Below are positions 51,301 through 63,797 of a stretch of DNA of 64,000 nucleotides, piece by piece (positions within the stretch are counted from its first letter, which is position 1; each line of letters starts with the position of its first letter). Position numbers and translations under genes: made by a program. Origin of the DNA: Phoronis australis (taxonomy: Eukaryota; Animalia; Phoronida). The stretch lies in the NCBI GenBank assembly GCA_002633005.1, contig NMRA01000065.1, positions 482,648-546,647 on the forward strand. The letters are read 5' to 3'. Under the pieces are notes generated by a model, which saw only the letters and a program-made list of their open reading frames with translations, searched no databases and was not told the origin of the DNA.

Positions 51301-53764
51301 TTTTCAAATACGACAGAGAAAGCTCTATCTAGATTTGAACAGTGCATGCGCTCTAGGGTGGTAGAGGTCAAGGTAGTGTAAAAAATCCGTTTTTTACATT
51401 GTCTTCAATGGGGATCGACAACAAAACATTGGGGTTACATTACAAATTGCATGTTCAAACAATATTATGTTAACAGTTTAATTAAGTCATGGCATGCCGC
51501 CAGGGTTGTTAGAGTTCTTGATACTGCCGACTGTCTACTTGATTAAGTCTGTGATCACGGGGAGTCGGGAGTTTGACACGCAGTTGTGACATGAGAGTTT
51601 CGCCTCCACGTTAAACGGCGACGCATGAGCCACCGCAGGTCACACGTTAACGCTTTCGAATAAGTCGTGTCCCACCTTTTTGTGTTGACTCCGGGTAGGC
51701 CTACGTCCCGTTAACAAGTAGCCCAAGCATACATGTAGGGGTGTTTGAAAGTCATACAGTACAGTGGCGGAAATCGTGATTACCGGTGTGGCACGACCGT
51801 GGTGGCAAGCCGGGGAGGGTGGGGTGGTGGCAGGGGGGAAGCTCAACTGGCGAGGATCGGGATGACATTGTTTTCTTCCGCCCCGGATGACTGCAGTCCT
51901 ATGGTAAATTCCAAAGTTGTCGATGTTTTCTCTCATAGGAAATGTGAACTTGGTCAAAAACGCAAAAACAGCTTCATGAAATGGTTTTGTATTTCATAAA
52001 TTCCAATTATACTTCTATTCCTGAAATGTCTGTTAGCAAAACGTTCCTATAAACTGTTTTATTTTTTTCCATCTCACACAATTCCATGGGCTTCCTGGGA
52101 AGATCATATTTAAATTATTAATCCTAGTACGACAAATCTAGTTAAACTTTCTATGAATGTAAGCAACCCCCTTTTACGATGAATCCATCTGCGACCCTGC
52201 CGGCCATTTAACACATTTTCCAGAACTGGAAAGGCAGGTGGATGAAAAGCAACGGTTCACGTTTCGGGACTTGCCCAGTACGTTACCGCCTCCATTTTGA
52301 GAATTTCTTTGTCATAGCAATCGATTGAAACAGTTCAAGATTCTTTTTTAAGTAACTAAAACATATCACATTGACTAAACAGTCCAACTTTAAAATCAAA
52401 CGCGTCTGCACTAACTTCTAATATGCGAGAGAACACAAAAACGTTCAACTTTTAGGGTTGGTTTATTAGATATATAAGTTGGGCAAATTACGTTTGGCAG
52501 CCACCTAAACTAAAGGTCCTAGTTTCGTCTGGAGCGTCGTGCTATAGAGCAACACCGTTGTCGATCTTAATTTAGCAGTAGGGTTTATTGGAAATGTTGC
52601 TAAACACACGCTTTGGAAATTCAAATGTTCATTCAAGAAACACACTGCCTGCCCTGAGATTCAGGCGCGCATTTTACTACCACGGCCAATTCGGATGGTT
52701 CATGGACAGATGTTAGTATCACGGTACCTGACGTCACTTGTGCTATGCAACAAAACTGACGAAAGACGTCCGGTCAACAACACGTCATTCTCCGAAGTGT
52801 CGTTTTAAATAAAACAGTTCTGGTCAAATTAGCAGCAATGCATACACAGTCATACCAAAATAAATTGGATTTTGGCTAAAAAAGGTATTATCTGCTCACA
52901 CGTAAACCTGAAGCCACTATTCGTAATCCAGTATTTACTCACATATCTGTATCAGTAAAGAGAGACGCTGCTTCAACAGATGTGAATAAGACAACTACTT
53001 CTTCAGAGACTGTCTCGAACCCATGAACTAAGATGCATTTCGAAGTGGAAATTGATCGCGGAGATAATGATATCGCGAATCAATACTTGACAGTTAGTTA
53101 AACTCTGTAGGCCGGGAGCACTGCAGAACAGGATGCTAGTCAGGACTAGGCGCCCTTCAGCCATCTATCGATCGGGCAGTGCCTAGGCACAATGGCCGTC
53201 CATAACTAAAGGAAAATACGCGTCAAATTGACCAATAACAAACATCCGATATATAGAGAGGGAGAGAACTGGGGAGCAGCAAGGCGGACCAAATTGACAA
53301 TAACGAAATGAACTGTCTTTCATTTACATGAACTGGCACCGTGCGAGGATGTGCGGTGTGATTAAAAAGAATTAAAAACGCCGGGAAATCACACCGCTTT
53401 AAATCTGGATGATCACAAACTGTATATCGCTTACAACATTGCCCACAAGATACTTTACCCGGTCATCTTCGAGTTTAAGCTCTATTTCAACACATCGCCG
53501 ATATATCGGAAATGGTTGCTTTGATTACACGCATCACTCTTTTTTCTCCGTTTTTCTCGCTTTCGTTAACATGTTCGCCCTTCCCTTGAGCATTTTCCAC
53601 TCACTCGCATTGCACTGGGCACTATTTGCACCAAACATTAAATACAAAGGACTGAAAACTACTACAGCATTAGAATATATTTTTACGATATTAGTTGCTC
53701 CAACATGAATCAAGTTTCATGACACAATGCGAAACTTACCATTTTCGGCCAGCTATGCCCATGC

Positions 53765-53922
53765 CAGGGCAGATCCAGGATTTTGATTGGGGGGGGGTCA
53801 GGGCAGAGTATTTGTCAGGATTTTGCACGTCAGACATTTGCACTCCCGAACTGCTAAATAGAAAATGAGAGAATTTTAGGGGGGACCATAACCCTTTTGG
53901 CCCCCGTCTAAATCCGCCACTG
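53765..53922. mobile_element. CAGTGGCGGAT-family MITE with 5-bp TSD CATGC
   Basis: CATGC|CAGGGCAGATCC ... AATCCGCCACTG|CATGC. Confidence 0.8.
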
Positions 53923-56797
53923 CATGCACTGATATTCATTCCAGGTTTCAATGGCTATTAGCCTCTGGAACCATGTTTTTTATTTACATTCTATGGTTTC
54001 GGTATCTTCAAACCTGGAACCCGCAACCTCGCTCCCTCCTTCCCTCCCAACCTCTGTCCCTCTAGAAAACTGACTTTGCTAAGACAAATCTCAAATTTAA
54101 ACCAGTTTTAAGATAAAACTTCATTTCGTCTTATGTCCGTTCCAAGAAAGTGATCTTAAGTTTTTGAATCAAGTTTTGTCTTAAATTCAAATAACTTAAC
54201 GGATGTAGAAGTTTCAAAGTTTGGAAACTGACATAAATGTTAGACTTAAAAATAAACTTACTTCAGTTTCTTGGAACGGGCCTCAAGTTTCTGGGCGAGA
54301 AAAGCAAGACCACACAAAATGACGCGAGGATGCTCGAGACGTTCTACCGTAACCTAGCGAACTAGATGCTACTGACGCGATTTGTCGATGACTTTGGAAT
54401 GTTGAATTACTGGACAGAATTCAGCATTTACGTTCCGTAAGCGAAGATGTTTTGGGGCAGGTGCATGACTTATGTCTGGGCTCCACGGAACTCAGCCCCA
54501 GCTGAACCGAAAAGATTCGAATGCAAGCATAGCGTGCTTGTTCTAAAAGCTTTTTCATCACCCAAAACACAAGTGTAGGCCTAAAACAAATGAACTTCAC
54601 AAAACATGTCTCAAGTCTTTCTATATAATACTATGATAGAAAGTCACTTCCACTCCCCAACACACATGCGTCAGTCTGTGCTCCCGAACACTTAGCAAAA
54701 TGTCACCAAAATTGGTAAAACTTTTAAGGCTGGGCTGCTTTATATCAATTAATTTTACTAGTGGAATTTAATTTCTTTCACGCCAAAGAAAGTTTTGAGA
54801 CCAGGGTAGCGTTCCGCAGACTCAGTTTCTTGCCAGAAAAGTAAGATCGTGGAAGATCACGAAAAATCACGCGAGTGTTTCGCGAGTACGCCAAATTACT
54901 TGCAGATAATTAGCTGGCGGCCGCCAGATAATATATTTTCTTCACTTCGAAATGGCACTATTGGGCCTCCATAAAATGACACTATTGCGCCTCCATAAAA
55001 TGACACTATTGAGCCACCATAAAATGGCACTGTTGGGCCTCCGTACAATAACGAACAGTCAGTTCTTTCAAAGCCCCAAGTCACATTTTATTTGACCAAG
55101 GAAAATTTTGAGACCAATTTCACTATGGCAAGTGGTCTTAATCAAAATTTGGTTTTTGTAATGGAAGGCAGATTTATAGCCGTTTTGACTGTTATAGGGG
55201 TCCCGGCGATGGTTCTTTTACAAGGATCAGGTGGAAGTCAGGGTTAGCCACTGTAAGTATTTTTACCTCTTGGTTATTCCCAAGTTAACATGGACTAAAG
55301 CGACAACAAATCCTGCTAGACAAGATAGTAAGTCCGTGGCTGTCATCAACAGACTTCATCGACACTACAGAAATTTTCCAATGCAACTCTTGTTATTTGA
55401 CGACAAACTGTTATACTCGTCACTGCGTTATGGGTCTGACAGGTGAGGCTTTAAGGAGCATGATATCAATTGAAAAGGTGCATTTGCGTACAATGGTTTT
55501 TGGAGTAGGAAACGTCTACTCTAACACGGCAATTTTTAAAAAGTGGATGTGGGAAATTTCCTCTGTGTACTTAAAATTATGTAACACTGGTTAATTTCCG
55601 GTTTTTAAGATGTCGCCTGACAAACATACGATGGCTGTTTATGACGTCATGCGCTATAAATTTAGTTGATGTAGCAGGTTGGACATCGTTAGCTGAAATA
55701 TTTTATCGAGCCTTGGTTTCCACGAAGACTAGCAAAACCAGGGTATTGTTTGCGAAGACACCTTTTTGATACTATTTTCACAACCAATTCACCAATGTTT
55801 GAAATCGCTATCTCATAGTAGATCGTCAAATTGGCACTGTTAAGTACATTTTTACGCATTAAAAAGAGGAGAAATGTTGTGCAGAGAAAGGTTGGATGCT
55901 TAAGTTCTATGAGATTGATTGCTGTTACTGTACAGAGGGTCTCTGGCCTGTTATACAATGGAAATAAACGATGCTAATGTAAAATGTTCGTATTACGACA
56001 ATTCTTTAGTTACCACACAATATGGCCGACAAGTGAAATTATGTTTTGTCGAATTTTCCGCAAAAACAAAATCAAAAATAAAGAAAAAAATAATCTAGTA
56101 TTAGAATGGTTTATACTGTGTAGACGTCATAAAACATTAGGCAAATTTTCCATTATCAGTAACAAAGTAATCGGACTTTTAAAAACGGGAAAAATGACAA
56201 ATTTGTAAATTATTTTTGTGAAAAATAAGTGGGGAATTACCGTAAACGACATGATCACTAATTGCTATAACACTTCAGTGGGAATATGTATCTGCTGTAC
56301 ATTGTACATTCGTAGTTTCACGGATGGCTTTGGAAGAATCTTTCCGTTTGAACTTCATACACACTGCCTACTCTTACCCTCTGAAGACGTCTACATCGAA
56401 CAAGCGACAAATAGGCATATACAGAGACAATACCACTGCTTACTCCTGACTGAATCCATAGATACGTTTTGCAACATTCTTGTGTGTCTGACCTTGAAAG
56501 TTTGCTATTCCATTGAGTCAAAAAGAACGAACTTCACGAAGAATTCGCTACCCGATATCAAGGGTTTCAACGATGCACATTCCGATTCATTATTGAAACA
56601 TTGAAACTTTGAAGTCACAGACTTCGCGAATGCATTTCAAACGGCAAAACATCAGATTTCAGATATAGTCCTTTCCTAGAAAATGATTACTCTCTATACA
56701 GTCTTTGAATTTTTTTTGGCTTTCTTGGTCGTATTAATCACATAATTTACTGTCACTATGTTTATGGCCCCATCAAAATAGGCAACGTTATTTCAAT

Positions 56798-57463
56798 TCA
56801 TATTTTTTTGAAATATTCTTCGAACACGAACTGTATTCCAAACGGCAGAACTGAAAAATAGTTGAAACCACTCCTTAAGAATTTGAACCCCATCTTCTTG
56901 TACAACCGTATTGCATCGTCGTTGTGGGCAAAAACCGCCAGACAGACCCCCGATAACCCGTTGCAGTGGGAAAAGTTGAGAGCTGCTGTTACTAACTTTC
57001 GCGCAATTCCTTGCCTCCGAAACTGTTTTGAAACCCCAAGACATTTAAGTTTTCTCCATTTCGGCGCGTCCTTTAGTGTCTCCAACATCACGTGGCCCAC
57101 CACACATTCACCGCTCAGCGCTACCCAGCATGCCGTGTTGCCTTTCAACGCCTCCACTAGATATTCATGCCCTTTGGAAAGTTGGCGTGAAATGAGAAGC
57201 AAAGCACGTATAAGAACACAGCATCCAAAACCCACAGTAACGACAATTCCATGTGTCCATCCAAGCTGAAGTACGCCTATGAAGTGGACTAAAATCACGT
57301 ATAACCAAGTTACGGGGTGTTTCCACGTGGCTCTGAGAAAGAGTTGCAAGTAAACTTCTTTTAGCTGATCTTTGAATAGGCTAGATATAGCTTCCACCTC
57401 CTTATCACTTTTCAAAGAACGAATCACAATTTCGCAAACGGAGCTTTTTCCACTTTTAGTCAT
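56798..57463 (-). CDS. GNAT N-acetyltransferase, NAT8/camello-like with an internal hydrophobic segment, 221 aa, single coding exon
   Basis: Acetyl-CoA motif A GVSKQFRRQGIARKL, motif B AIRLYKKMGF, CWVA..GECVVGHV, and a hydrophobic stretch at about aa 40-90. GCCATG start context. Confidence 0.88.
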   Translation of the reverse strand: MTKSGKSSVCEIVIRSLKSDKEVEAISSLFKDQLKEVYLQLFLRATWKHPVTWLYVILVHFIGVLQLGWTHGIVVTVGFGCCVLIRALLLISRQLSKGHEYLVEALKGNTACWVALSGECVVGHVMLETLKDAPKWRKLKCLGVSKQFRRQGIARKLVTAALNFSHCNGLSGVCLAVFAHNDDAIRLYKKMGFKFLRSGFNYFSVLPFGIQFVFEEYFKKI

Positions 57464-57599
57464 GGCTAAAAACCAAACTAACTAATGCAGTTCGACGGCA
57501 AAACGCGAGTAAGGTTTTTGCAATAGTGATTGGGTTAAAAAATTCAGAATGTTTACCTAACGTAATACCAACATATATGGGTGCATATTGGATACACAG

Positions 57600-58804
57600 A
57601 ACATACAAAGAAATAATGACAAACCCAGAAATCGCGAAGCATTATATCTGGTTTGTAAATAATTCATAATTGAAACTAATATACATAGAGGTATATACAT
57701 TTAAGTAGTATCTAATATAAGTATTCCAATACTTAGATATTGTATTACAAATATATAAAAACAAAAATATGTACAGATTTATGTATGGAAATCAGATGCA
57801 ACAATATTGATAAACGGTACATAAAAATTTACTAACGTTGCTTAGGATGAATTCGTTGAGAACGAGGTCAAGGTTAGGACTACCATTCAATAATAATGTA
57901 ACTCTAGTAGGGATATTATTACAAGAATTGAGAGCGTTAACAATTGATTGGTTTTCATTGAGTACACGAAAGAGTGAGTCTCTCAGATATTCGATGAGGG
58001 GACATTTGAAGAAAATATGAGGTTAAGATTGATGGTCACCACATCTACAGTTTGGAGAAACATTACCAAAGTTGTGCCTGAACTTGTCAGAGTTGAGGAA
58101 AAGACCACATATTGATCTGTACAACGCTATTTCGTTATCGCGGGGAAGGGAGAATTGAGTCAAGGGTGTTGAGTTATCAAAAATATGAAAAACAGTTCTA
58201 AAATTATTTTTTATACTCCTAAAAGAGTTGCTTTCCTTAACAGAGACTGGAAGAGAATTCCAGTTGTTGATGCACATCATGACTGTAGACCTTCTGAATG
58301 CTTGACTGAACGACGGAGGAATTGCATATGGGGTGGAGGATCTCAAATCACTATGATGGCCTTGTCTAGTGTATTGATCAAACATTTTTTTGACAGAAAA
58401 GTTGTTGACATTGTTTATTACTTTGAAAGTAAATGTGGGCATGTGAAGATTGCGTCAAGTAGATAGTTTGGGCCACTTGAGACTATTCAAAACCTTAACA
58501 CTATTGGATACCCTGTAAGCTCCGGGTATGAGTAAGGCAGCTTGATACTGTAACTTCTCCAAATGTTGGAGTACACCCGTATTGGCAGACTGATATATAA
58601 TATCACAATAATCGAGAGTTTTTAATCTAACAGTATACCCAGATGTCTGTGCGACTGTTTTCTAGGAATGATTTCATCATTACGTTTAAGGTCATAAAAC
58701 GGGTCAACAAGGAAGAGAGCATTAATATATTTGGATAAAGTGAGGTCAACGTTTTTTCTGGTTTAAAATTCATTCTTCATTCTAGTGACCAATAGCTGAA
58801 TTTA
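57600..58804 (-). mobile_element. 3' portion of a degraded CR1/L2-group LINE
   Basis: Relic peptides LDYCDIIY..LEKLQYQAALLIPGAYR..LKW, WNSLPVSVK and CRCG..HIFFKCP, with an AT-rich tail. Left boundary is approximate. Confidence 0.75.
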
Positions 58805-59012
58805 TTAAAAGGAGCATTCCCCCAAAAAAACAACCTAATTTGTATCAATTTAGATCCAGTAGTTCTACTCCATAACCACACGTGCGGTTGCGTTACCTGA
58901 CACCTGACGGCAGACGGAGGTGTTGAAATTATCCAGTTACGTCATCGGTTTCACACGCATTCTGTTCAGCAGTTCACAACACGGGTTACTGGTGTCAGCA
59001 TATCGCTTGGAG

Positions 59013-60045
59013 CAGTGGCGGATCTAGGATATCACAAGGGGGGGCCCAACATTTTCTCCGGCTGTAAGCATTTGCGCAAACCACGATTGTAGATGCGCAC
59101 AGCACCGAATGGGGAGAGGTCGGGAGGGGGGTTTGCCCGCCCAGGAAATTTTTCTGTTTTTTCCTCTAAAAATCAAGCATTTTCCTTCATTTCTGATGTA
59201 TTATCCAAAAAAAAGGAAAAAAAAANNNNNNNNNNNNNNNNNNNNNNNNNNNNNNNNNNNNNNNNNNNNNNNNNNNNNNNNNNNNNNNNNNNNNNNNNNN
59301 NNNNNNNNNNNNNNNNNNNNNNNNNNNNNNNNNNNNNNNNNNNNNNNNNNNNNNNNNNNNNNNNNNNNNNNNNNNNNNNNNNNNNNNNNNNNNNNNNNNN
59401 NNNNNNNNNNNNNNNNNNNNNNNNNNNNNNNNNNNNNNNNNNNNNNNNNNNNNNNNNNNNNNNNNNNNNNNNNNNNNNNNNNNNNNNNNNNNNNNNNNNN
59501 NNNNNNNNNNNNNNNNNNNNNNNNNNNNNNNNNNNNNNNNNNNNNNNNNNNNNNNNNNNNNNNNNNNNNNNNNNNNNNNNNNNNNNNNNNNNNNNNNNNN
59601 NNNNNNNNNNNNNNNNNNNNNNNNNNNNNNNNNNNNNNNNNNNNNNNNNNNNNNNNNNNNNNNNNNNNNNNNNNNNNNNNNNNNNNNNNNNNNNNNNNNN
59701 NNNNNNNNNNNNNNNNNNNNNNNNNNNNNNNNNNNNNNNNNNNNNNNNNNNNNNNNNNNNNNNNNNNNNNNNNNNNNNNNNNNNNNNNNNNNNNNNNNNN
59801 NNNNNNNNNNNNNNNNNNNNNNNNNNNNNNNNNNNNNNNNNNNNNNNNNNNNNNNNNNNNNNNNNNNNNNNNNNNNNNNNNNNNNNNNNNNNNNNNNNNN
59901 NNNNNNNNNNNNNNNNNNNNNNNNNNNNNNNNNNNNNNNNNNNNNNNNNNNNNNNNNNNNNNNNNNNNNNNNNNNNNNNNNNNNNNNNNNNNNNNNNNNN
60001 NNNNNNNNNNNNNNNNNNNNNNNNNNNNNNNNNNNNNCGCCTATG
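59013..60045. mobile_element. CAGTGGCGGATC...CGCCTATG element with TSD TGGAG, spanning the assembly gap
   Basis: TGGAG at 59008-59012 and 60046-60050. Copy 1 shows the uninterrupted site at about 40240-40262. Confidence 0.75.
59226..60037. other. Assembly gap (812 N)
   Basis: Run of N. Confidence 1.
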
Positions 60046-61538
60046 TGGAGTCATCGTTTAACACCAATAAATCAGTCAAACTTCGATGTAAAACCCTTAA
60101 AAATACACCGAGTTCTTACAAAAACGTGTTGTTTTATTTCACTGTTACGGATTTATTGGTATTTGGACACACCGTAGCCTACAAAGTTCGGCAGGCCAAT
60201 AAGGTCCGTAGCAGGAGTTTGGAGTGTGTTTGGAGATAATTTCGAAGTATTTTCCGTGATATACAGACAGGAGAACCTAGATCTGTGTTGCTTAGACTTG
60301 TGATTTTCTGAGTTCTAAACACAAAACACTTGTTATCCCGGCCAGTGGCTCGGAGCCCGATCAGGCCCGTCGCGGCCAGCCGGATTGACTCGTTATCCCT
60401 ATACCAGTGGCTCGGAAACTGATTAGACATCACGAACAAACCAGCCAAAGTTCAGTGGAAACTAAACTTCTAGTCAAGAAAATACCATACTAATGAGCCA
60501 AAGTAATGTGCACGTGATTATGTTGGTGAATTAGCCACGAATCTGCAAATCTACTTACTCGTCGGGGGCCGCGAATTCGTTCCGCTTTGGCCACAGCACC
60601 GTCAGGGCAGAAGTTGTACATTGACAATCATTATTTGAGTAATGTAAATGTAAATAAAGATTCCCCTAACACCTGGTCGTGGGATGGAAATCGAGTTGTT
60701 TCACAACAGTTTCTGCCAACACTAAATTAACATGAGCTCACACGGCCTCGGTGTCCCGTCAATTAGTTTTATTGTACCTAAAGCCGATAACGCAGTGATT
60801 TATTCATTGCTGGCTTCTCAAATCATTTCGTGCACTCACGAACACTCCAAAGGCATTACAAATTGCATCTAATGAGACAGTCTTTGTTTCAGTTCTATAT
60901 AAGTATTGGTTAGGGTGAGAATAATTCATTTTGAAATAGAACGCTCAGTAATAAACGCCAAACATGGCAACTCGCAATCCCGACTTAGGACGAGCTAGAG
61001 CAGCTCATCAGTACCGACAAGTTCGCAGGTGGATCGTTAAGTTTTACAGGCTATCAATTCAAACAGGAATACAGTAATGAAGAAATACTAGAGAGGCGCC
61101 GTGAACAAGCTCAGACAATGGAACGTATGGAGTTATTTGGTAAGCCGGGCATTCGTGAGGCACTGTCGACGTCGTCTGCAGGCCACAGACACGGAGATGT
61201 TTCACGGCCTCATACTTGTTATTTACAGCGTACATTTCATTCTTCACTACCATGAGCCATTTCCTAAGCATTTCGGACTCTCGAGGAAGTAAAAAAAACG
61301 ATATACTTGCTTTCCTCGCGGCTGCTTAGTTCGGACAAGCGGGAACGATACACCGCAACATAGCGGCATTCACTCTGCATATGAACCACTGACGTCGCTA
61401 GCGTGGTTTCTCACCTTCTTCACAGGTTAACGCGACACTTCTTGGCAAGGTAAGGTCGACCGTATGCGAGGCGATGTGGAAATAGACTGATTAAGACGGC
61501 AAAAAAGACTAATTAAATCGGGTGGCATTCGCCTTTAA

Positions 61539-63500
61539 GTCGTGCTGAAGCTGCAAAGAACATCCAGGGCTGTTCCCTGCGAAGGGATAAAAAAGCGCCG
61601 TGTCATCTGCATAAAGGTATGTGCTACATGACAGATTATCAAGAAGGTCTTTAATATAAACCAAAAAGAGAAGAGGGCCCAATACGCTACCCTACGGTAA
61701 CCTGCGTTTACAAATCCAGGAGGGGATAAAGTTGAAAGCATGCCGTCGATACGAACACTGTATGTTCTTTCGGAGAGATATGAGGTGGTCATGTTTAAAA
61801 GATTAGCAGTAATGCCATAGGATCGATGTTTGTGAAGTAGAAGGTCGTGAGCGACACAGTCGAAAGCAGAAGCTATATCTAGAAAAATGGACCTGACGCT
61901 CTCGCCCTTCTCAAAATGTAAATGAATCTCGTGTACTATTTCAACAAGTTGTGCCACGGTGCTGTTCCCACGCAAAAAACCAAATTGAGAAATGTAAGAA
62001 TACTTTGAGCAATGATCTTCTCGAAGATTTTGGACAGGGTGTTAAGTAAATTTGAAATTTAAGTTTCGGAGTCTTTTTGTGTATAGGGACCATAATTCCA
62101 TGTTTCCCAGAAGATGGATATGTACATAGCTGAAGAAGTTTGTTAAACAAATTGGTTAAGGGCATGGTAATTTCATTGGCAATCATTTTGATCATCTTAC
62201 TGGTTATTAAAGCTGTGCCATCATTCTTTAAGTTATTGGGGTCAATTTAATTGAGATACTTCCGGACATCATTTTGATTAGCCGGGATGTCAGACAGTTG
62301 ATTGAGACAACGTTCACGAAGAAAGGAAATGTTACCTACTTCAATTGGTGTAATGTGGCTTTTATTCGTGAAAAATTTGAGAAACAGGTCACACTTGTCA
62401 CTACTACTTGAGGCTAGGTTATCATTATGTTTGATGACAGGATAAAAAGATTGTTGTTGACTGCCGCGTATTTTATTGATGGTGTTCCAGTATTCTTTGG
62501 AGTTCTTGCTTGCGCTGTTAATCAGTCATCTCATAGACTAGAATGGGTGCAATAAACAGATCGCCTTCTGGACAATGTGGTCAGTGGTGTGTTGGGAGAG
62601 GGCATAAAAATCAATCAAAGACAGTGAACTGAAACAACAAGGAGTAAAGAAGCCCATTTAAATGTCATAAGAGACATGCCTGAAAACAGGACTAAAGGTC
62701 GTCGCTGGTATATCCGTGGAGGAAAATCCGAAGGTTTCCCACTGTCATTCCTACCAGGTCTTTTACTACAGCAACAATATTCCCATCTCCAAGATGACTG
62801 CGAAGAGTCGGATACAAAGACTGCAAACAACGTCATCAGTATCCCTAGAAAGAGGTAATCTCGTGATGATTACGGTACCACAGACAGATGTATAGGTGAT
62901 CTTGATGGGGACACTTCGGCAACGACAGCTATAAGCACTATCAGCGTAAAACATATCATATACTGTGCGAAATGAGAAAGAGCAGCAGATTCATCATGTC
63001 TAACACTATAACCATCCTTGAAATGCGCAAAGACGTTATCTGAGCCATGCCCGGACACCACGCCTTCACTGGGTGTGACTACAACTCGATCGCCCTTTAT
63101 TAAAGGCCGATAGGAATAGGTATAGTAATAGAAATGGTAATTTCAGTACTACCTGGAAATAAACGAATCTATGCAATGGTTCCGTTTGCCGTGCAAATGG
63201 TGTCTGAATAATCCCTTATGCTTATTTTTTACTTCATTCTCTAATTTCGTCAGTAAAGGCACATCCAACCCTTAATTGAGTATTGTTGAGAGTGAGGAGA
63301 ATTTCATCAATTTGTTCCCTGTTTTTGGATGGATGCGCTCAATGTTTTAGTACCATTCTCAAAGGCTCCTCCTCACTACACCCACCGAGAACCTGCCAGA
63401 TGGCCATTTCCTAGCATTGGGATATCCATGGAGTACTGTGGTATCAACGAAAATTGGTTACCTTTTAATACTCAAAAAACCTCTGGGATTCCGGTATATT
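61539..63500 (-). mobile_element. RT region (and probable endonuclease region) of the same degraded CR1/L2-group LINE
   Basis: STVAQL..IFLDIASAFDCVAHDLLLHK..YGI..YLSER..VRIDG..VNAG, plus frameshifted [13 protein letters not shown] and YADDT. Upstream ITMPLTNLFN..YP...VPIHKK. 5' boundary is approximate. Confidence 0.85.
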
Positions 63501-63797
63501 TTCTCGGAGTGACAGTGTCGGCCTGAAAAAATACACTAGAAACAGAATTTCATAGTCTGATATTGAGAAATCATAGCCAACAAGAGAAAATACTTTTATT
63601 TACGCTCTTAATTTTAGTCTCGAAACGCAACACTTGGAGAATGCATTTTGAAAGACATGTCATCAGCCATTTTCCTTTTCTAGAAAATGATTATTCTTAA
63701 TACAGTCTACGGATTTTGTTAAGGATTCCTCAGCCATATTAGTCGGATAGTCTACAGCCACAGTGTTTACGATCCCACATAAACTGTTTACGTCCTT

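Larger units (their letters stand above)
58810..61534 (-). mobile_element. Kolobok-like element copy 2, inserted into the LINE
   Basis: TTAAA|AGGAGCATTCCCCC ... GGGTGGCATTCGCCT|TTAA. THAP relic at about 61100-61361 (MLRCIVPACPN* ... LRKWLMVVKN..LRVC). Confidence 0.8.

Noticed and set aside
56862-57269. Plus-strand ORFs antisense to real genes (also 37199-38865)
   Set aside because: Shadow ORFs of the GNAT and acyltransferase coding sequences.
59093-60239. Long ORFs of 293-376 aa in the track
   Set aside because: Artefacts of reading through the N gap.
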